In this document: positions 1 to 10,583 of the stretch, one piece after another
Layout: each line of letters begins with the position of its first letter
Position numbering within the stretch: position 1 is the first letter of the stretch
Assembly (NCBI GenBank): GCA_002719295.1
Contig: PBHC01000005.1
Coordinates: forward strand, 1 to 64,000
Reading direction: 5' to 3'
Source: Chloroflexota bacterium
Lineage (GTDB): Bacteria; Chloroflexota; Dehalococcoidia; Lucifugimonadales; Lucifugimonadaceae
Length of the DNA: 64,000 nt
The notes under the pieces: generated by a model
What the model saw: only the letters and a program-made list of their open reading frames with translations
Databases searched by the model: none
What the model was told of the DNA's origin: nothing
Program-made: the position numbers and the translations under genes

Positions 1-106
1 AGAAACAACTGAAGAAGCTACAGCAGAAACAACTGAAGAAGCTACAGCAGAAACAACTGAAGAAACTACAGCAGAAACAACTGAAAAAAAATCTGAAGAT
101 TCTTAA
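1..106 (+). CDS. 3' end of a truncated CDS with an acidic (ETTEEATA)n tail; product unknown
   Basis: Frame from position 2 reads ETTEEATAETTEEATAETTEETTAETTEKKSEDS with TAA at 104-106. Confidence 0.7.
   Translation, partial: ETTEEATAETTEEATAETTEETTAETTEKKSEDS
2..85 (+). repeat. Coding 24-bp tandem repeat, about 3.5 visible copies of GAAACAACTGAAGAAGCTACAGCA
   Basis: Seen directly; unit length is a multiple of 3; runs off the window edge. Confidence 0.9.
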
Positions 107-141
107 GTTTCTAGAAATTTTATCAACAGAAATTTGTTCTA

Positions 142-1314
142 ATGGCTAATGAAGATAACACACAATTATTTAAAAATTCTGAGGTAGAAGACTCCTTTGA
201 GCTTGGTAGAAGAAGTATTACCTCGAATAAAGGTAAATCAAGATTTGAGTTATTAGCTGATAATAAAAATAAATCTTTTATATTTAGACCTTTTTTTTAT
301 CTAGGATTTTCTGTATTTATATTTTTATTCTTAATTTTGGCTTTTTTCTATTCAGTGACATATATAATTCCACCAATGAAAGATGCAATTAAAGTTGGAG
401 ATGTTACCTATACAAGAGGGGATGTTGTTAAGTTTATAAGGTTTAACCAAAGAATAACGGAAGACTTAGGGATGGAGTTTGAAATAGGGAATTCTCTTTT
501 TGAAGCATTAAGGGTTATTTTAGAGGGAGAGTTGGCATATCAAGTAGCTCCCCGTTTTGGAATATCTGTAACTTCAGATGAGGTTGATAGAAGAATAGAA
601 GTTTTAATGGGATTTATTTCTGTGGAAAATTCAAAAGAATATAAAGCAAACGTAAGTGAATCTTATAGACAATTTTTAAATAAAACTGGATTATCTGATG
701 ATGAATATAAAAACTATATTAAGCGGACTATTTTTAGAGAAAAATTAAGAAACTTAGTTGCAAGAGATATGTCTCGAATTCAACCCCATGTAGAACTATA
801 TGAAATTATTTTTGAATCTCCAGATGTTTCTGTAATTAACTCTATTGAACGTAAACTTACTATGGGCTCATCCATAGAAAATATAGCATTAGAATTTTCA
901 GAAGATAAAGAAGTATTACGAACTAAGGGTAATATTGGATGGATGCCTCGTGGTGTCGATGAAAAAATAGATAGATTGGTTTACTTCAATGAAGGAAAAG
1001 AATCCATCCCTACTCCAAATACTTTTATAACAACTCCATATAAAAACTCTCAAGACAAAGTTTTTGCTTTTTACTATATAAATGATTTTTCTGATGCTAG
1101 AGAAATTGAAGAAAAATACTTTGAACAACTTGCGGATACGGAATTTGAAAATTTTATTAATTCATTCAATGAAGAATACAATTTATGGATGGATATTAAT
1201 AGTGATATTTATAACTGGATTAATACAAAAGTATTACTTGCTTCAAACTCAGAATTTTTAGATCTTGAAACTGAAGAAACAGAGCAAAATGTTTATCAAC
1301 CTCCATCTCAATAA
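142..1314 (+). CDS. Membrane-anchored PrsA/SurA-like foldase (SurA N-domain plus parvulin-like PPIase domain)
   Basis: N-terminal TM helix; 'AIKVGDVTYTRGD', 'FGISVTSDEVD' and 'IALEFSED...KGNIGWMPRG' resemble SurA_N/rotamase segments. Confidence 0.7.
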   Translation: MANEDNTQLFKNSEVEDSFELGRRSITSNKGKSRFELLADNKNKSFIFRPFFYLGFSVFIFLFLILAFFYSVTYIIPPMKDAIKVGDVTYTRGDVVKFIRFNQRITEDLGMEFEIGNSLFEALRVILEGELAYQVAPRFGISVTSDEVDRRIEVLMGFISVENSKEYKANVSESYRQFLNKTGLSDDEYKNYIKRTIFREKLRNLVARDMSRIQPHVELYEIIFESPDVSVINSIERKLTMGSSIENIALEFSEDKEVLRTKGNIGWMPRGVDEKIDRLVYFNEGKESIPTPNTFITTPYKNSQDKVFAFYYINDFSDAREIEEKYFEQLADTEFENFINSFNEEYNLWMDINSDIYNWINTKVLLASNSEFLDLETEETEQNVYQPPSQ

Positions 1315-1352
1315 AATAATATATACTTATATTATTCTTATATTATGAAGCT

Positions 1353-2435
1353 ATGAGCAACAGTTTATTTAATCATTATAAAAAATTTTTACCTATTACA
1401 TCTAAAACTCCAGAAGTGACTTTAGGAGAAGGATTTACCCCCTTAGTAAAATCAAACAATCTTTCAGAAAAATACAAATGCGAGATGTTTTTTAAATTAG
1501 AAGGATGTAACCCCTCTTCCTCTTTTAAAGATAGAGGAATGTTTATGGCTGTTTCAAAAGCCATCGAAAAAAATAAAACTAAAATCATATGTGCTTCTAC
1601 TGGAAATACATCTGCCTCTGCTGCAGCTTATGGAGCAAGATATAACCTTGAGACAATTGTGATTATTCCATCAGGGAAAATAGCTCTAGGGAAGCTATTG
1701 CAAGCAATGGCATATGGTGCAAAAGTTATATCAATAAATGGCAATTTTGATCAAGCATTAGATGCTGTTAGAGAGATATCTGATTCATTAAATTTAGAAA
1801 TTGTAAATTCTATAAACCCTTTTAGATTAGAAGGACAAATGACAGGTGCATTTGAGATAGTAGATGAACTTGGTTCAAGTCCTGATTTTCAGTTTATGCC
1901 TGTTGGTAATGCAGGAAATATTAGCTCATATTTTAAAGGTTATAAAATGTACAAGGCTGACAATAAAATCTTAGACTATCCAAGATTAATCGGAGTTCAA
2001 GCTGAAAACTCAGCTCCTTTGGTTGATAAAAAAATAATCAAATCTCCTCAAACAATTGCTAGTGCTATAAGAATTGGTAATCCTGCCAGCTCAACTCTTG
2101 CTAAAGAAGCTATTTCTCAAACCAAAGGTGAATTCTTAAAAGTATCAGATAAGAATATTATTGAAGCCCAGTCTTTACTTGCCAAAGAAGAAGGTATTTT
2201 TTGTGAACCCGCTTCTGCGTCATCTCTAGCAGGATTTTTAAAATATTCAGATTCAAATAGTGATTATATTGGGAAAAAAATAGCATTTATTTTAACCGGT
2301 AATGGGCTTAAGGATCCAGAGGTTGCTCAAAAATATTTAAAGTCAGAAATAATTAAGACTTCTTCTAAAATTGAAGATATATCTGATGCTATAATTTCGG
2401 GAAAGTCTAAAAGCTTTTTTAGTAGATTTTTTTAA
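1353..2435 (+). CDS. thrC: Threonine synthase
   Basis: TLGEGFTPL, NPSSSFKDRG (PLP lysine), CASTGNTSAS, MPVGNAGNI, LTGNGLKD. Confidence 0.95.
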   Translation: MSNSLFNHYKKFLPITSKTPEVTLGEGFTPLVKSNNLSEKYKCEMFFKLEGCNPSSSFKDRGMFMAVSKAIEKNKTKIICASTGNTSASAAAYGARYNLETIVIIPSGKIALGKLLQAMAYGAKVISINGNFDQALDAVREISDSLNLEIVNSINPFRLEGQMTGAFEIVDELGSSPDFQFMPVGNAGNISSYFKGYKMYKADNKILDYPRLIGVQAENSAPLVDKKIIKSPQTIASAIRIGNPASSTLAKEAISQTKGEFLKVSDKNIIEAQSLLAKEEGIFCEPASASSLAGFLKYSDSNSDYIGKKIAFILTGNGLKDPEVAQKYLKSEIIKTSSKIEDISDAIISGKSKSFFSRFF

Positions 2436-2447
2436 TGGAGAATATTC

Positions 2448-3392
2448 TTGAATAATATAAAATTAAATCAAACGTGGAATGATTTTGAGAGAACTTGTCT
2501 ACATAAATCTCCTTATGATTTACAAATCTGGAAAGAAATATGGCTAAATCATTTTTCAGAAGGATATGATTTTGCATACATAAAAAATTCTAATTTTTTC
2601 ATTCCTATAAAATATAGAAATTCTGAAGCAAGTATCATTGGTGATAAGGACATTGTTGACTACAACAATATCTTACATATGGAATATACAAGAAATGATT
2701 TTGAAGATCTAATAAATCAAATCTTTAATTTAGATATAAATAAATTGATTCTAAATTCTATATCTGATGATTCTCCAACCTTTAAATTTCTTACAAATGA
2801 AAAAATTCTAGATAATTATAGTATAAATTCTCAACATGAAGATGTTTCTCCTTACTTATCCTTACCAAATTCTTGGGACGAATATTTAGCACTTTTACCC
2901 AAAAAAAAGAGACATGAATTAAGAAGAAAAATTAGAAGGCTTGAACAAAATTCTGATTTCTCATCTGGAGACTTAAGCACATTGGAATATAAAGATGAGA
3001 TATTAGGAGAATTTTTTAGGCTCCATAAAATTAGTTCAGATGAAAAAAATCTATTTATGACTCCCAAAATGGAGCAATTTTTCACAGAATTAATTATTAA
3101 GATGTTAGAAGAAAACTCTCTAGCATATTCTTATTTAAAAATAGATAATAAAACAGCAGCTTGTTCTATTTCATTTTTACATCAAAATAGTAGATTTTTG
3201 TATAATTCAGGCTTTGATCCATCTTATAATAATTTTTCTTCTGGATTATTAAATCATGCATTTGCAATAAAAAGATCAATAGAGAATAAATTAACCGTGT
3301 TTGATTTCATGAGAGGAAATGAGAGATATAAGTACGATTTAGGTGCAGTAGACAAAATTCTCTATACTTTTGAAATCTCAAAAAATGACTAA
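2448..3392 (+). CDS. GNAT-family protein (CelD/BcsL-like, Acetyltransf_6 type)
   Basis: SWDEYLALL.KKKRHELRRKIRR, YNSGFDP, FDFMRGNERYKYDLGA; TTG start after GGAG. Confidence 0.8.
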   Translation: MNNIKLNQTWNDFERTCLHKSPYDLQIWKEIWLNHFSEGYDFAYIKNSNFFIPIKYRNSEASIIGDKDIVDYNNILHMEYTRNDFEDLINQIFNLDINKLILNSISDDSPTFKFLTNEKILDNYSINSQHEDVSPYLSLPNSWDEYLALLPKKKRHELRRKIRRLEQNSDFSSGDLSTLEYKDEILGEFFRLHKISSDEKNLFMTPKMEQFFTELIIKMLEENSLAYSYLKIDNKTAACSISFLHQNSRFLYNSGFDPSYNNFSSGLLNHAFAIKRSIENKLTVFDFMRGNERYKYDLGAVDKILYTFEISKND

Positions 3393-4515
3393 AATTTTTA
3401 CTATTGTATCTATCCACTCTTGTCCAGGCCAAAAAATAGGTCTAGGTAACTCAGGAGGTCTTAATATTTATGTCAAAAATCTTCTTGAATTTTTACTTAA
3501 AAAGCAACAAAAAGTTTTTTTAATTTCTAAGAAACATGAAAACTGTGATTTTGAAACTGATTATAAAGATTTTAAGTTGATTCATATTGATTTAAGTGAA
3601 AAAAACTTGTTTCTGAAAAACATATCAGATCAAACAGATGTATTGATTAGTAATTATTATACTTCCGGAAATTTTTCAAAAAAATATTTTAATAAAAAAA
3701 GTTTATTGAAAATTAATATATCTCATACTTTAGAATATTTGAAAAAAGTACATTATGAAAATTATAAAATCGATCAAAAAAGAATTGAAATAGAAAAATC
3801 TATTTTTAAATTTTTTGATTTTACATTATCTTTTTCTAAGGTTGAAAGAGATACATTGGTAAATAAATATTTACTTCCTGAAGAAAAAATAATAAATTCA
3901 ACTCCTGGTTTTGATAGAAAATATTTCTATCAAGATAAAGAAAATTCTAAAAATAGAACTGTAAAACTGAATTCTAATGAAAAATTAATTCTTTTTGTTG
4001 GGAGGAATGATTACTTAAAAGGGCTAGATATAGCAATAGATAGTATAAAGATTCTTTCAAGACAAAATGAATCTATAAGACTTGGAATAGTTGGAGGTGA
4101 TTTAGGCTCTGATAAACAAAAAGATTTAGAAAAAGATTTAAATGAAAAAAAAATTTCAGAAAAAATTTACTGGTTCGGCTCAGTTCCCCAAAATAAATTA
4201 AGGGACTACTATAAATCTTCTAGCTTAGTTATAATCCCTTCAAGATCTGAAACGTTTGGAATAGTATGCCTTGAGGCGCTATCTTCTGAAACACCAGTGA
4301 TAGTATCAAAAACCGGTAGAATGCAAGATTTTGTAAATCATATGAGGAATGGAATAGTGCTTGATATGTTGTCTAGCAGAGAACTTTCAAAAAATATTAT
4401 AAAGTTTTTTGAAAATATTGATAAATTTATTATTACTGAGAATGATCATAAAAAGTTAAAAAAATTCGAATGGCAAAATGTTTTAGAAGATTTGTATAAA
4501 AAAATCAGTATTTAA
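3385..4515 (+). CDS. GT4 glycosyltransferase, MshA-like
   Basis: N-terminal HSCP..IG.GNSGGLNIYV resembles MshA HTSP..PG.GDAGGMNVYV; LFVGR...KG and PSRSETFGIVCLEA GT4 motifs; ATG at 3385 preferred over TTG 3370. Confidence 0.7.
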   Translation: MTKIFTIVSIHSCPGQKIGLGNSGGLNIYVKNLLEFLLKKQQKVFLISKKHENCDFETDYKDFKLIHIDLSEKNLFLKNISDQTDVLISNYYTSGNFSKKYFNKKSLLKINISHTLEYLKKVHYENYKIDQKRIEIEKSIFKFFDFTLSFSKVERDTLVNKYLLPEEKIINSTPGFDRKYFYQDKENSKNRTVKLNSNEKLILFVGRNDYLKGLDIAIDSIKILSRQNESIRLGIVGGDLGSDKQKDLEKDLNEKKISEKIYWFGSVPQNKLRDYYKSSSLVIIPSRSETFGIVCLEALSSETPVIVSKTGRMQDFVNHMRNGIVLDMLSSRELSKNIIKFFENIDKFIITENDHKKLKKFEWQNVLEDLYKKISI

Positions 4516-5386
4516 TATTGAACCAATCAAGTTCACTGTATTTATTAAAACCTAAACTTTTATAGATTTTCTTTGCAGGTTCATTTTCATTATCAACTTC
4601 TAGATATATCAATTCACAATTATTTTTTATTAAATTATTTAATGAAGAAATTATTAATGGTTTTGCTATTCCTTTGCTTCTAAATTCTTTTTTTACTCCG
4701 CACATTGATAATCTCCCTTCATGATTTTCGAGATTTAATTGTGTCCAAGCATATCCTAACCATGTGTTCTTAATATTTTTAGAAATTTCAAAAAAAGAAT
4801 TGATTTTTCTTTTTTCTAAATTTTGTATTTCTAGTTTAAAATCATTCAAATTATTAGCTTCGTAACCATATTGGTCTGCAAAGCAGTCATTTTGAATTGT
4901 TACTAGTTCTTTATAATAATTTTTATAATTTACAGACTCAAATATAGATAAATCACTATTTATTTTTCCAAATGATTTGTTTCTTTTTAATTTCATAAAA
5001 TTATAAGTTCTTATGTAATCAAAAAAATATTTCTCCTTAATCTGATTTTTTTCAGAATTTCTGATCCCAATTTCTAGTTTGTTTGATTTTGTGAAATCCT
5101 TAATAGTATTGATATTATTCTTGATTTTTTTTAAGTCATAGGTCATAACTATAGATCTTTTTAATGAGTTTTCGTTTTTAATAAGAAAATAGTTTGTTAT
5201 TTTGTTATTCTCGTACTCAATTGCTAATCTATATTTTTTATCTTTTATTAACTCATCTATCTCTTTTTCAAAATTCTTTTTATCTTTTGAAAAATCTAAA
5301 AATCCATGGGTTGGTAATTTATAAAAAAAATTATAGAGTTCAGAAATTTCTGGATTTTTAATATCTTTGGTTTTTATAATTTCCAT
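4505..5386 (-). CDS. Tandem-GNAT acetyltransferase, MshD-like (N-terminal half divergent)
   Basis: C-terminal GNAT with GYAWTQ, GVKKEFRSKGIAK, LEVDNENEPAKKIYKSLGF; about 290 aa two-domain length. Confidence 0.6.
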   Translation of the reverse strand: MEIIKTKDIKNPEISELYNFFYKLPTHGFLDFSKDKKNFEKEIDELIKDKKYRLAIEYENNKITNYFLIKNENSLKRSIVMTYDLKKIKNNINTIKDFTKSNKLEIGIRNSEKNQIKEKYFFDYIRTYNFMKLKRNKSFGKINSDLSIFESVNYKNYYKELVTIQNDCFADQYGYEANNLNDFKLEIQNLEKRKINSFFEISKNIKNTWLGYAWTQLNLENHEGRLSMCGVKKEFRSKGIAKPLIISSLNNLIKNNCELIYLEVDNENEPAKKIYKSLGFNKYSELDWFNIKY

Positions 5387-5425
5387 AAAAAAAGGAGTTT
5401 AATAGCTATTTAGTCTATATAGTTA

Positions 5426-5431
5426 TATAAT
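5426..5431 (+). promoter_or_regulatory. Putative -10 box for the T-box/ilv-leu leader
   Basis: TATAAT just upstream of T-box stem I; the background is AT-rich so this is only moderately informative. Confidence 0.4.
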
Positions 5432-5439
5432 AGAAATCA

Positions 5440-5664
5440 ACACGATGAATAGGAGTAGTAGTTAATTATTTTTCTTAGAGAGTTGATGTTTGCTGAAAAT
5501 CAATAAGAATAATTAATGAACTCGCCTAGAAGTGGTTTCTCTGAAATCAAGTAAGTGAAAACGTATTTCTACGAAACAGGAAAAAGAAGTGGCATAAATT
5601 ATTATGCAATAAAGGTGGTACCGCGGGGTTATCTCGTCCTTATTGAAAGGGCGAGTTTTTTTTT
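5440..5664 (+). ncRNA. T-box riboswitch, transcription-attenuation type, probable Leu (CUC) specifier
   Basis: Stem I with AGUA, AGAGA bulge, GCUGAAA loop and GAA-CUC-G specifier loop (CUC 5521-5523); stem III GCAUAA/UUAUGC; T-box AAUAAAGGUGGUACCGCG 5608-5625; upstream of ilvB. Confidence 0.93.
5633..5664 (+). terminator. T-box attenuator intrinsic terminator
   Basis: CTCGTCCTT-loop-AAGGGCGAG followed by a T9 tract; 5' arm overlaps the antiterminator. Confidence 0.9.
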
Positions 5665-5670
5665 GTAAAT

Positions 5671-7377
5671 ATGGAGAAAAAAATGAAAGAAAATTTAATA
5701 AAAGGTAGTGAAATAGTATGTAAAGCTCTTATAAAAGAGGGAGTCGATACTGTTTTTGGGATACCAGGTGGAGCTATATTGCCTCTCTATGGAACCTTAA
5801 ATAAATTTCCTGAAATAAAGCATATTCTTACAAGGCATGAACAAGGTGCTTGTCATGCTGCAGATGGTTATTCAAGAACTACAGGTAGAGTAGGAGTTGC
5901 ATTTGCTACTTCTGGTCCAGGTGCTACAAATCTTATAACAGGTATGGCAACTGCAATGATGGATTCAGTTCCCCTTGTAGCAATAACAGGACAGGTTGGA
6001 AGGCCAGCAATAGGAACTGATGCTTTCCAAGAAACTGATATAACAGGAGCTACTTTACCAGTAACAAAACATAATTACTTAGTAATGAAAGCATCTGAAA
6101 TTGGTTCTGTTATTCATGAAGCATTTCATATAGCCAGAACAGGAAGGCCTGGTCCGGTACTAATTGATATTCCTAAAGATGTATTTGATGAGTTGGCTGA
6201 GTATGATTTTTCAAAAGATTCTAAAATAAATCTTCCAGGTTATAATCCTTATTTAAAAATTGATCAAAATCAAATAGAAAATTCAGTAAAGCTTATAAAT
6301 GAAGCTAAAAAACCTATTATTTTAGCAGGTCATGGAGTGATAATTTCTAAGGCTCAAAAGAAGCTACTTGATTTAGCTGAAAAAGCACAGATTCCTGTTG
6401 TGACAACATTATTGGGTATTTCTGCTTTTCCAGAGGATCATATTCTTTCTACAGGGTTTCCAGGAATGCACGGAATGGCATATGCTTCAATAGCTCTTGA
6501 TGAGGCAGATTTGATTATTGCTATAGGATCAAGGTTTGATGACAGAATTGTAGGTAATGCAAAAAGATTTGGGAAAAATTCAAAGAAGATTCATATTGAT
6601 ATTGACCCAGCAGAGATAAATAAAACTGTAAAAATAGATGCTCCTATTTTAGGGGATATTAATGAGGTTTTAGAATTACTAAATCCTAAGGTTGATTCTC
6701 AAACTCATACTGAATGGTTGAAAGAAGTAGAACATTTTAAATCTGAACATCCATCTTTAATGATCCCAGAATCTGAAAGTTTACTTGGACAACAAGTCAT
6801 TAAGACACTATCGGACCTTACTGATGGTAATGCTGTAGTATGCACAGGTGTTGGACAGCATCAAATGTGGGCTGCCCAGCATTATAATTTCAAAAAAAAT
6901 AGTATTTGGCTTTCTTCCGGAGGTTTAGGAACTATGGGGTATGAAATACCAAGTGCTATAGGAGCTCAAATTGGAGCTCCTGATAAGACAGTTTGGTCTA
7001 TTTGTGGAGATGGAGGATTTCAAATGACTGTAGGAGAATTAGCGACAGTGGCTGAGAATAATCTTCCAATTAAATATGCTATTTTGAATAATAACCATTT
7101 AGGTATGATTACTCAATGGCAAGATATGTTTTACAATGGACAAAATATGCATGAAACTTACACAGGGAATCCTGACTTTGTAAAGCTTGCAGAGGCTTAT
7201 GGTATTAAGGGAATTAGAGTAGAAAATCAAAATGATTTGGAAAAAGCAATAAATGAAGCTAATAATCATGATGGTCCAGTTGTTGTTGATTTTGTAATTG
7301 AAAAAGTAGATTATGTTTTCCCTATGATTCCTGCAGGCGGAAGTGTAGATCAGCTTATTGAGGAGGAAAAAAAATAA
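5671..7377 (+). CDS. ilvB: Acetolactate synthase large subunit (true start possibly ATG 5683 after GGAG)
   Basis: FGIPGGAI, RHEQGA, TSGPGATN, GSRFDDR, GDGGFQM TPP motif. Confidence 0.96.
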   Translation: MEKKMKENLIKGSEIVCKALIKEGVDTVFGIPGGAILPLYGTLNKFPEIKHILTRHEQGACHAADGYSRTTGRVGVAFATSGPGATNLITGMATAMMDSVPLVAITGQVGRPAIGTDAFQETDITGATLPVTKHNYLVMKASEIGSVIHEAFHIARTGRPGPVLIDIPKDVFDELAEYDFSKDSKINLPGYNPYLKIDQNQIENSVKLINEAKKPIILAGHGVIISKAQKKLLDLAEKAQIPVVTTLLGISAFPEDHILSTGFPGMHGMAYASIALDEADLIIAIGSRFDDRIVGNAKRFGKNSKKIHIDIDPAEINKTVKIDAPILGDINEVLELLNPKVDSQTHTEWLKEVEHFKSEHPSLMIPESESLLGQQVIKTLSDLTDGNAVVCTGVGQHQMWAAQHYNFKKNSIWLSSGGLGTMGYEIPSAIGAQIGAPDKTVWSICGDGGFQMTVGELATVAENNLPIKYAILNNNHLGMITQWQDMFYNGQNMHETYTGNPDFVKLAEAYGIKGIRVENQNDLEKAINEANNHDGPVVVDFVIEKVDYVFPMIPAGGSVDQLIEEEKK

Positions 7378-7956
7378 ATGACTGAAGGTATTCACAGAAG
7401 AACAATAGTAGCGCTTGTTCATGATAAACCTGGTGTTCTTGCGAGAATTTCAGGTCTTTTCAGAAGAAGAGGTGTAAATATTGAAAGTTTGGCTGTTGGC
7501 CATTCTGAGCAAAAGGCCTTTTCTAGAATGACTTTTGTTGTTGGCGGTGCAGAAAATTCAGTTAAGAACATTTCTTCCCAATTAAATAAACTTATAGATG
7601 TTGTTGAAGCTTCTGATATAAGTGAAAAAAATATTGTGTGGAGAGAGTTAGCACTTATAAAAGTTAAGTGTAATGAATCTCAAAGAGTAGAAATTTTAGA
7701 ATTATCTAAGGTATTCAGAGTAAATGTTGTTGATGTAGGAATTAATAACATTACTTTTGAGCTAGCTGGAGGTAAATCAAAAATAGATTCTTTTATTGAA
7801 CTATTAGACCAATTTGGCGTTATAGAAGTCATGAGGACAGGTAGAATAGCAACATTAAGAGGAGCTACAAAAATTGGCATAAATGATGGAGAGTTTGGTG
7901 AATCAGATAATTCAGATATTTATATAGCTGATAAAGATGCATCAGGCTCAGTATAA
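7378..7956 (+). CDS. ilvN: Acetolactate synthase regulatory subunit
   Basis: [26 protein letters not shown] motif; follows ilvB. Confidence 0.95.
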   Translation: MTEGIHRRTIVALVHDKPGVLARISGLFRRRGVNIESLAVGHSEQKAFSRMTFVVGGAENSVKNISSQLNKLIDVVEASDISEKNIVWRELALIKVKCNESQRVEILELSKVFRVNVVDVGINNITFELAGGKSKIDSFIELLDQFGVIEVMRTGRIATLRGATKIGINDGEFGESDNSDIYIADKDASGSV

Positions 7957-7976
7957 AAATAGAAAGAAGGAGAAAA

Positions 7977-8975
<999 letters not shown>

Positions 8976-8997
8976 TAATTATAAGAGAGCATATAGT

Positions 8998-10545
8998 ATG
9001 GTAGAAAAAAAACAGACAGATAAACTTATTGTATTTGATACAACCCTAAGAGACGGGGAACAATCAGCAGGAGCCTCTTTAACTTCACAGGATAAATTTA
9101 GAATTGCATCTCAGTTACAAAAACTAAATGTGGATGTAATTGAAGCTGGATTCGCAGCTAGTTCTCCTGGTGATTTTTCAGCTGTTAGGCAAATAGCTTT
9201 AGAAGTCGAAGGTCCAACTATTTGTACTTTAGCACGAGCAGTTAAAGGAGATATTCAATCAGCAATTGATTGTGTAAAAGATGGACTTAAACCAAGAATT
9301 CATACATTTTTATCCACTTCTGATATTCACTTGATGCATCAAATGAAAAAAGATAGAGAATCGATAATGTCTATGGCTATTGATGCTGTCAAACAAGCTA
9401 GAGATTCTGTTGATGATGTAGAATTTTCACCTATGGATGCTTCAAGGTCAGATCCAGAATATTTGTATGTGATGCTTGAAAAAGCTATTGATGCTGGTGC
9501 TACAACAGTAAATATTCCAGATACAGTAGGATATTCAAATCCAGAAGAATTTGGAAAATTGATTTCAGGTGTCTTTAATAATGTATCTAATATAGATAAA
9601 GCGATAGTGAGTGTTCATTGTCATAATGACTTAGGAATGGCTGTAGCAAATAGTTTGTCTGCACTAGAAAATGGAGCAAGGCAAATTGAAGGATGTGTTA
9701 ATGGCTTGGGTGAAAGAGCTGGTAACGCAGCTTTAGAAGAGGTTATAATGGCGGTTAAAACTAGGCCAGATCATTACAAAGTTTCAACAGATATAAATAC
9801 TTCTGAGATAGGACCTTCAAGTCGTCTTATTTCGAATATATTTGGATTCCCTATTCAATTTAACAAAGCTATAACTGGTCAGAATGCTTTTAGGCATTCA
9901 TCAGGTATTCATCAAGATGCATTTTTAAAAGAAAGAACAACCTTTGAAATTATGCATCCTGAAGAAGTAGGATGGAAAGGTGATGCAATTGTACTTACTA
10001 AAGTATCTGGTAGAGCTGGATTGAAATCAAGACTAGAATATTTGGGTTACAAAGTAAGTGATGAAGAATTGCTAGAAGTATTTAACAACTTTAAAAGCTT
10101 AGCTGATCAAAAAAGAGAAATAACCGATAAAGATTTAGAGTCATTAATGAGTGAATTTCACAGAGAGCTTGATACTACTGAAAACTTTAAGGTAATAGAT
10201 CTAGATGTTATTTGTGGTAACAAAAGAGATCCTGTTGCAAATATTACTTTAGAATTACCAGATGGAAAAATTGTAAAAAGTTCAAAGACAGGAACTGGAC
10301 CTGTGGATGCTGTTTGTAATTCTATAGATGATATAACTAAAATGGATGTAAGCCTCACTGAATTTTCTGTCTCTTCAGTAACAGAAGGAATAGATGCTTT
10401 AGGTGAGGTTACAATAAGAATTGAAAAAGATGAAACAATTTACACAGGTCAAGGATCTGACACAGATATAATACTTGCAAGCGCAAAAGCTTATGTTAAT
10501 GCAATAAACAGATATCTGATTATTGAATCTGTGAATTTATCATAA
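8998..10545 (+). CDS. leuA: 2-isopropylmalate synthase
   Basis: DTTLRDGEQ, HCHNDLG, GERAGN, HSSGIHQD, regulatory GTGPVDA domain. Confidence 0.95.
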   Translation: MVEKKQTDKLIVFDTTLRDGEQSAGASLTSQDKFRIASQLQKLNVDVIEAGFAASSPGDFSAVRQIALEVEGPTICTLARAVKGDIQSAIDCVKDGLKPRIHTFLSTSDIHLMHQMKKDRESIMSMAIDAVKQARDSVDDVEFSPMDASRSDPEYLYVMLEKAIDAGATTVNIPDTVGYSNPEEFGKLISGVFNNVSNIDKAIVSVHCHNDLGMAVANSLSALENGARQIEGCVNGLGERAGNAALEEVIMAVKTRPDHYKVSTDINTSEIGPSSRLISNIFGFPIQFNKAITGQNAFRHSSGIHQDAFLKERTTFEIMHPEEVGWKGDAIVLTKVSGRAGLKSRLEYLGYKVSDEELLEVFNNFKSLADQKREITDKDLESLMSEFHRELDTTENFKVIDLDVICGNKRDPVANITLELPDGKIVKSSKTGTGPVDAVCNSIDDITKMDVSLTEFSVSSVTEGIDALGEVTIRIEKDETIYTGQGSDTDIILASAKAYVNAINRYLIIESVNLS

Positions 10546-10583
10546 AAATAATAGAAATATAAGAGATTTAAGAGGAGAGTTAA

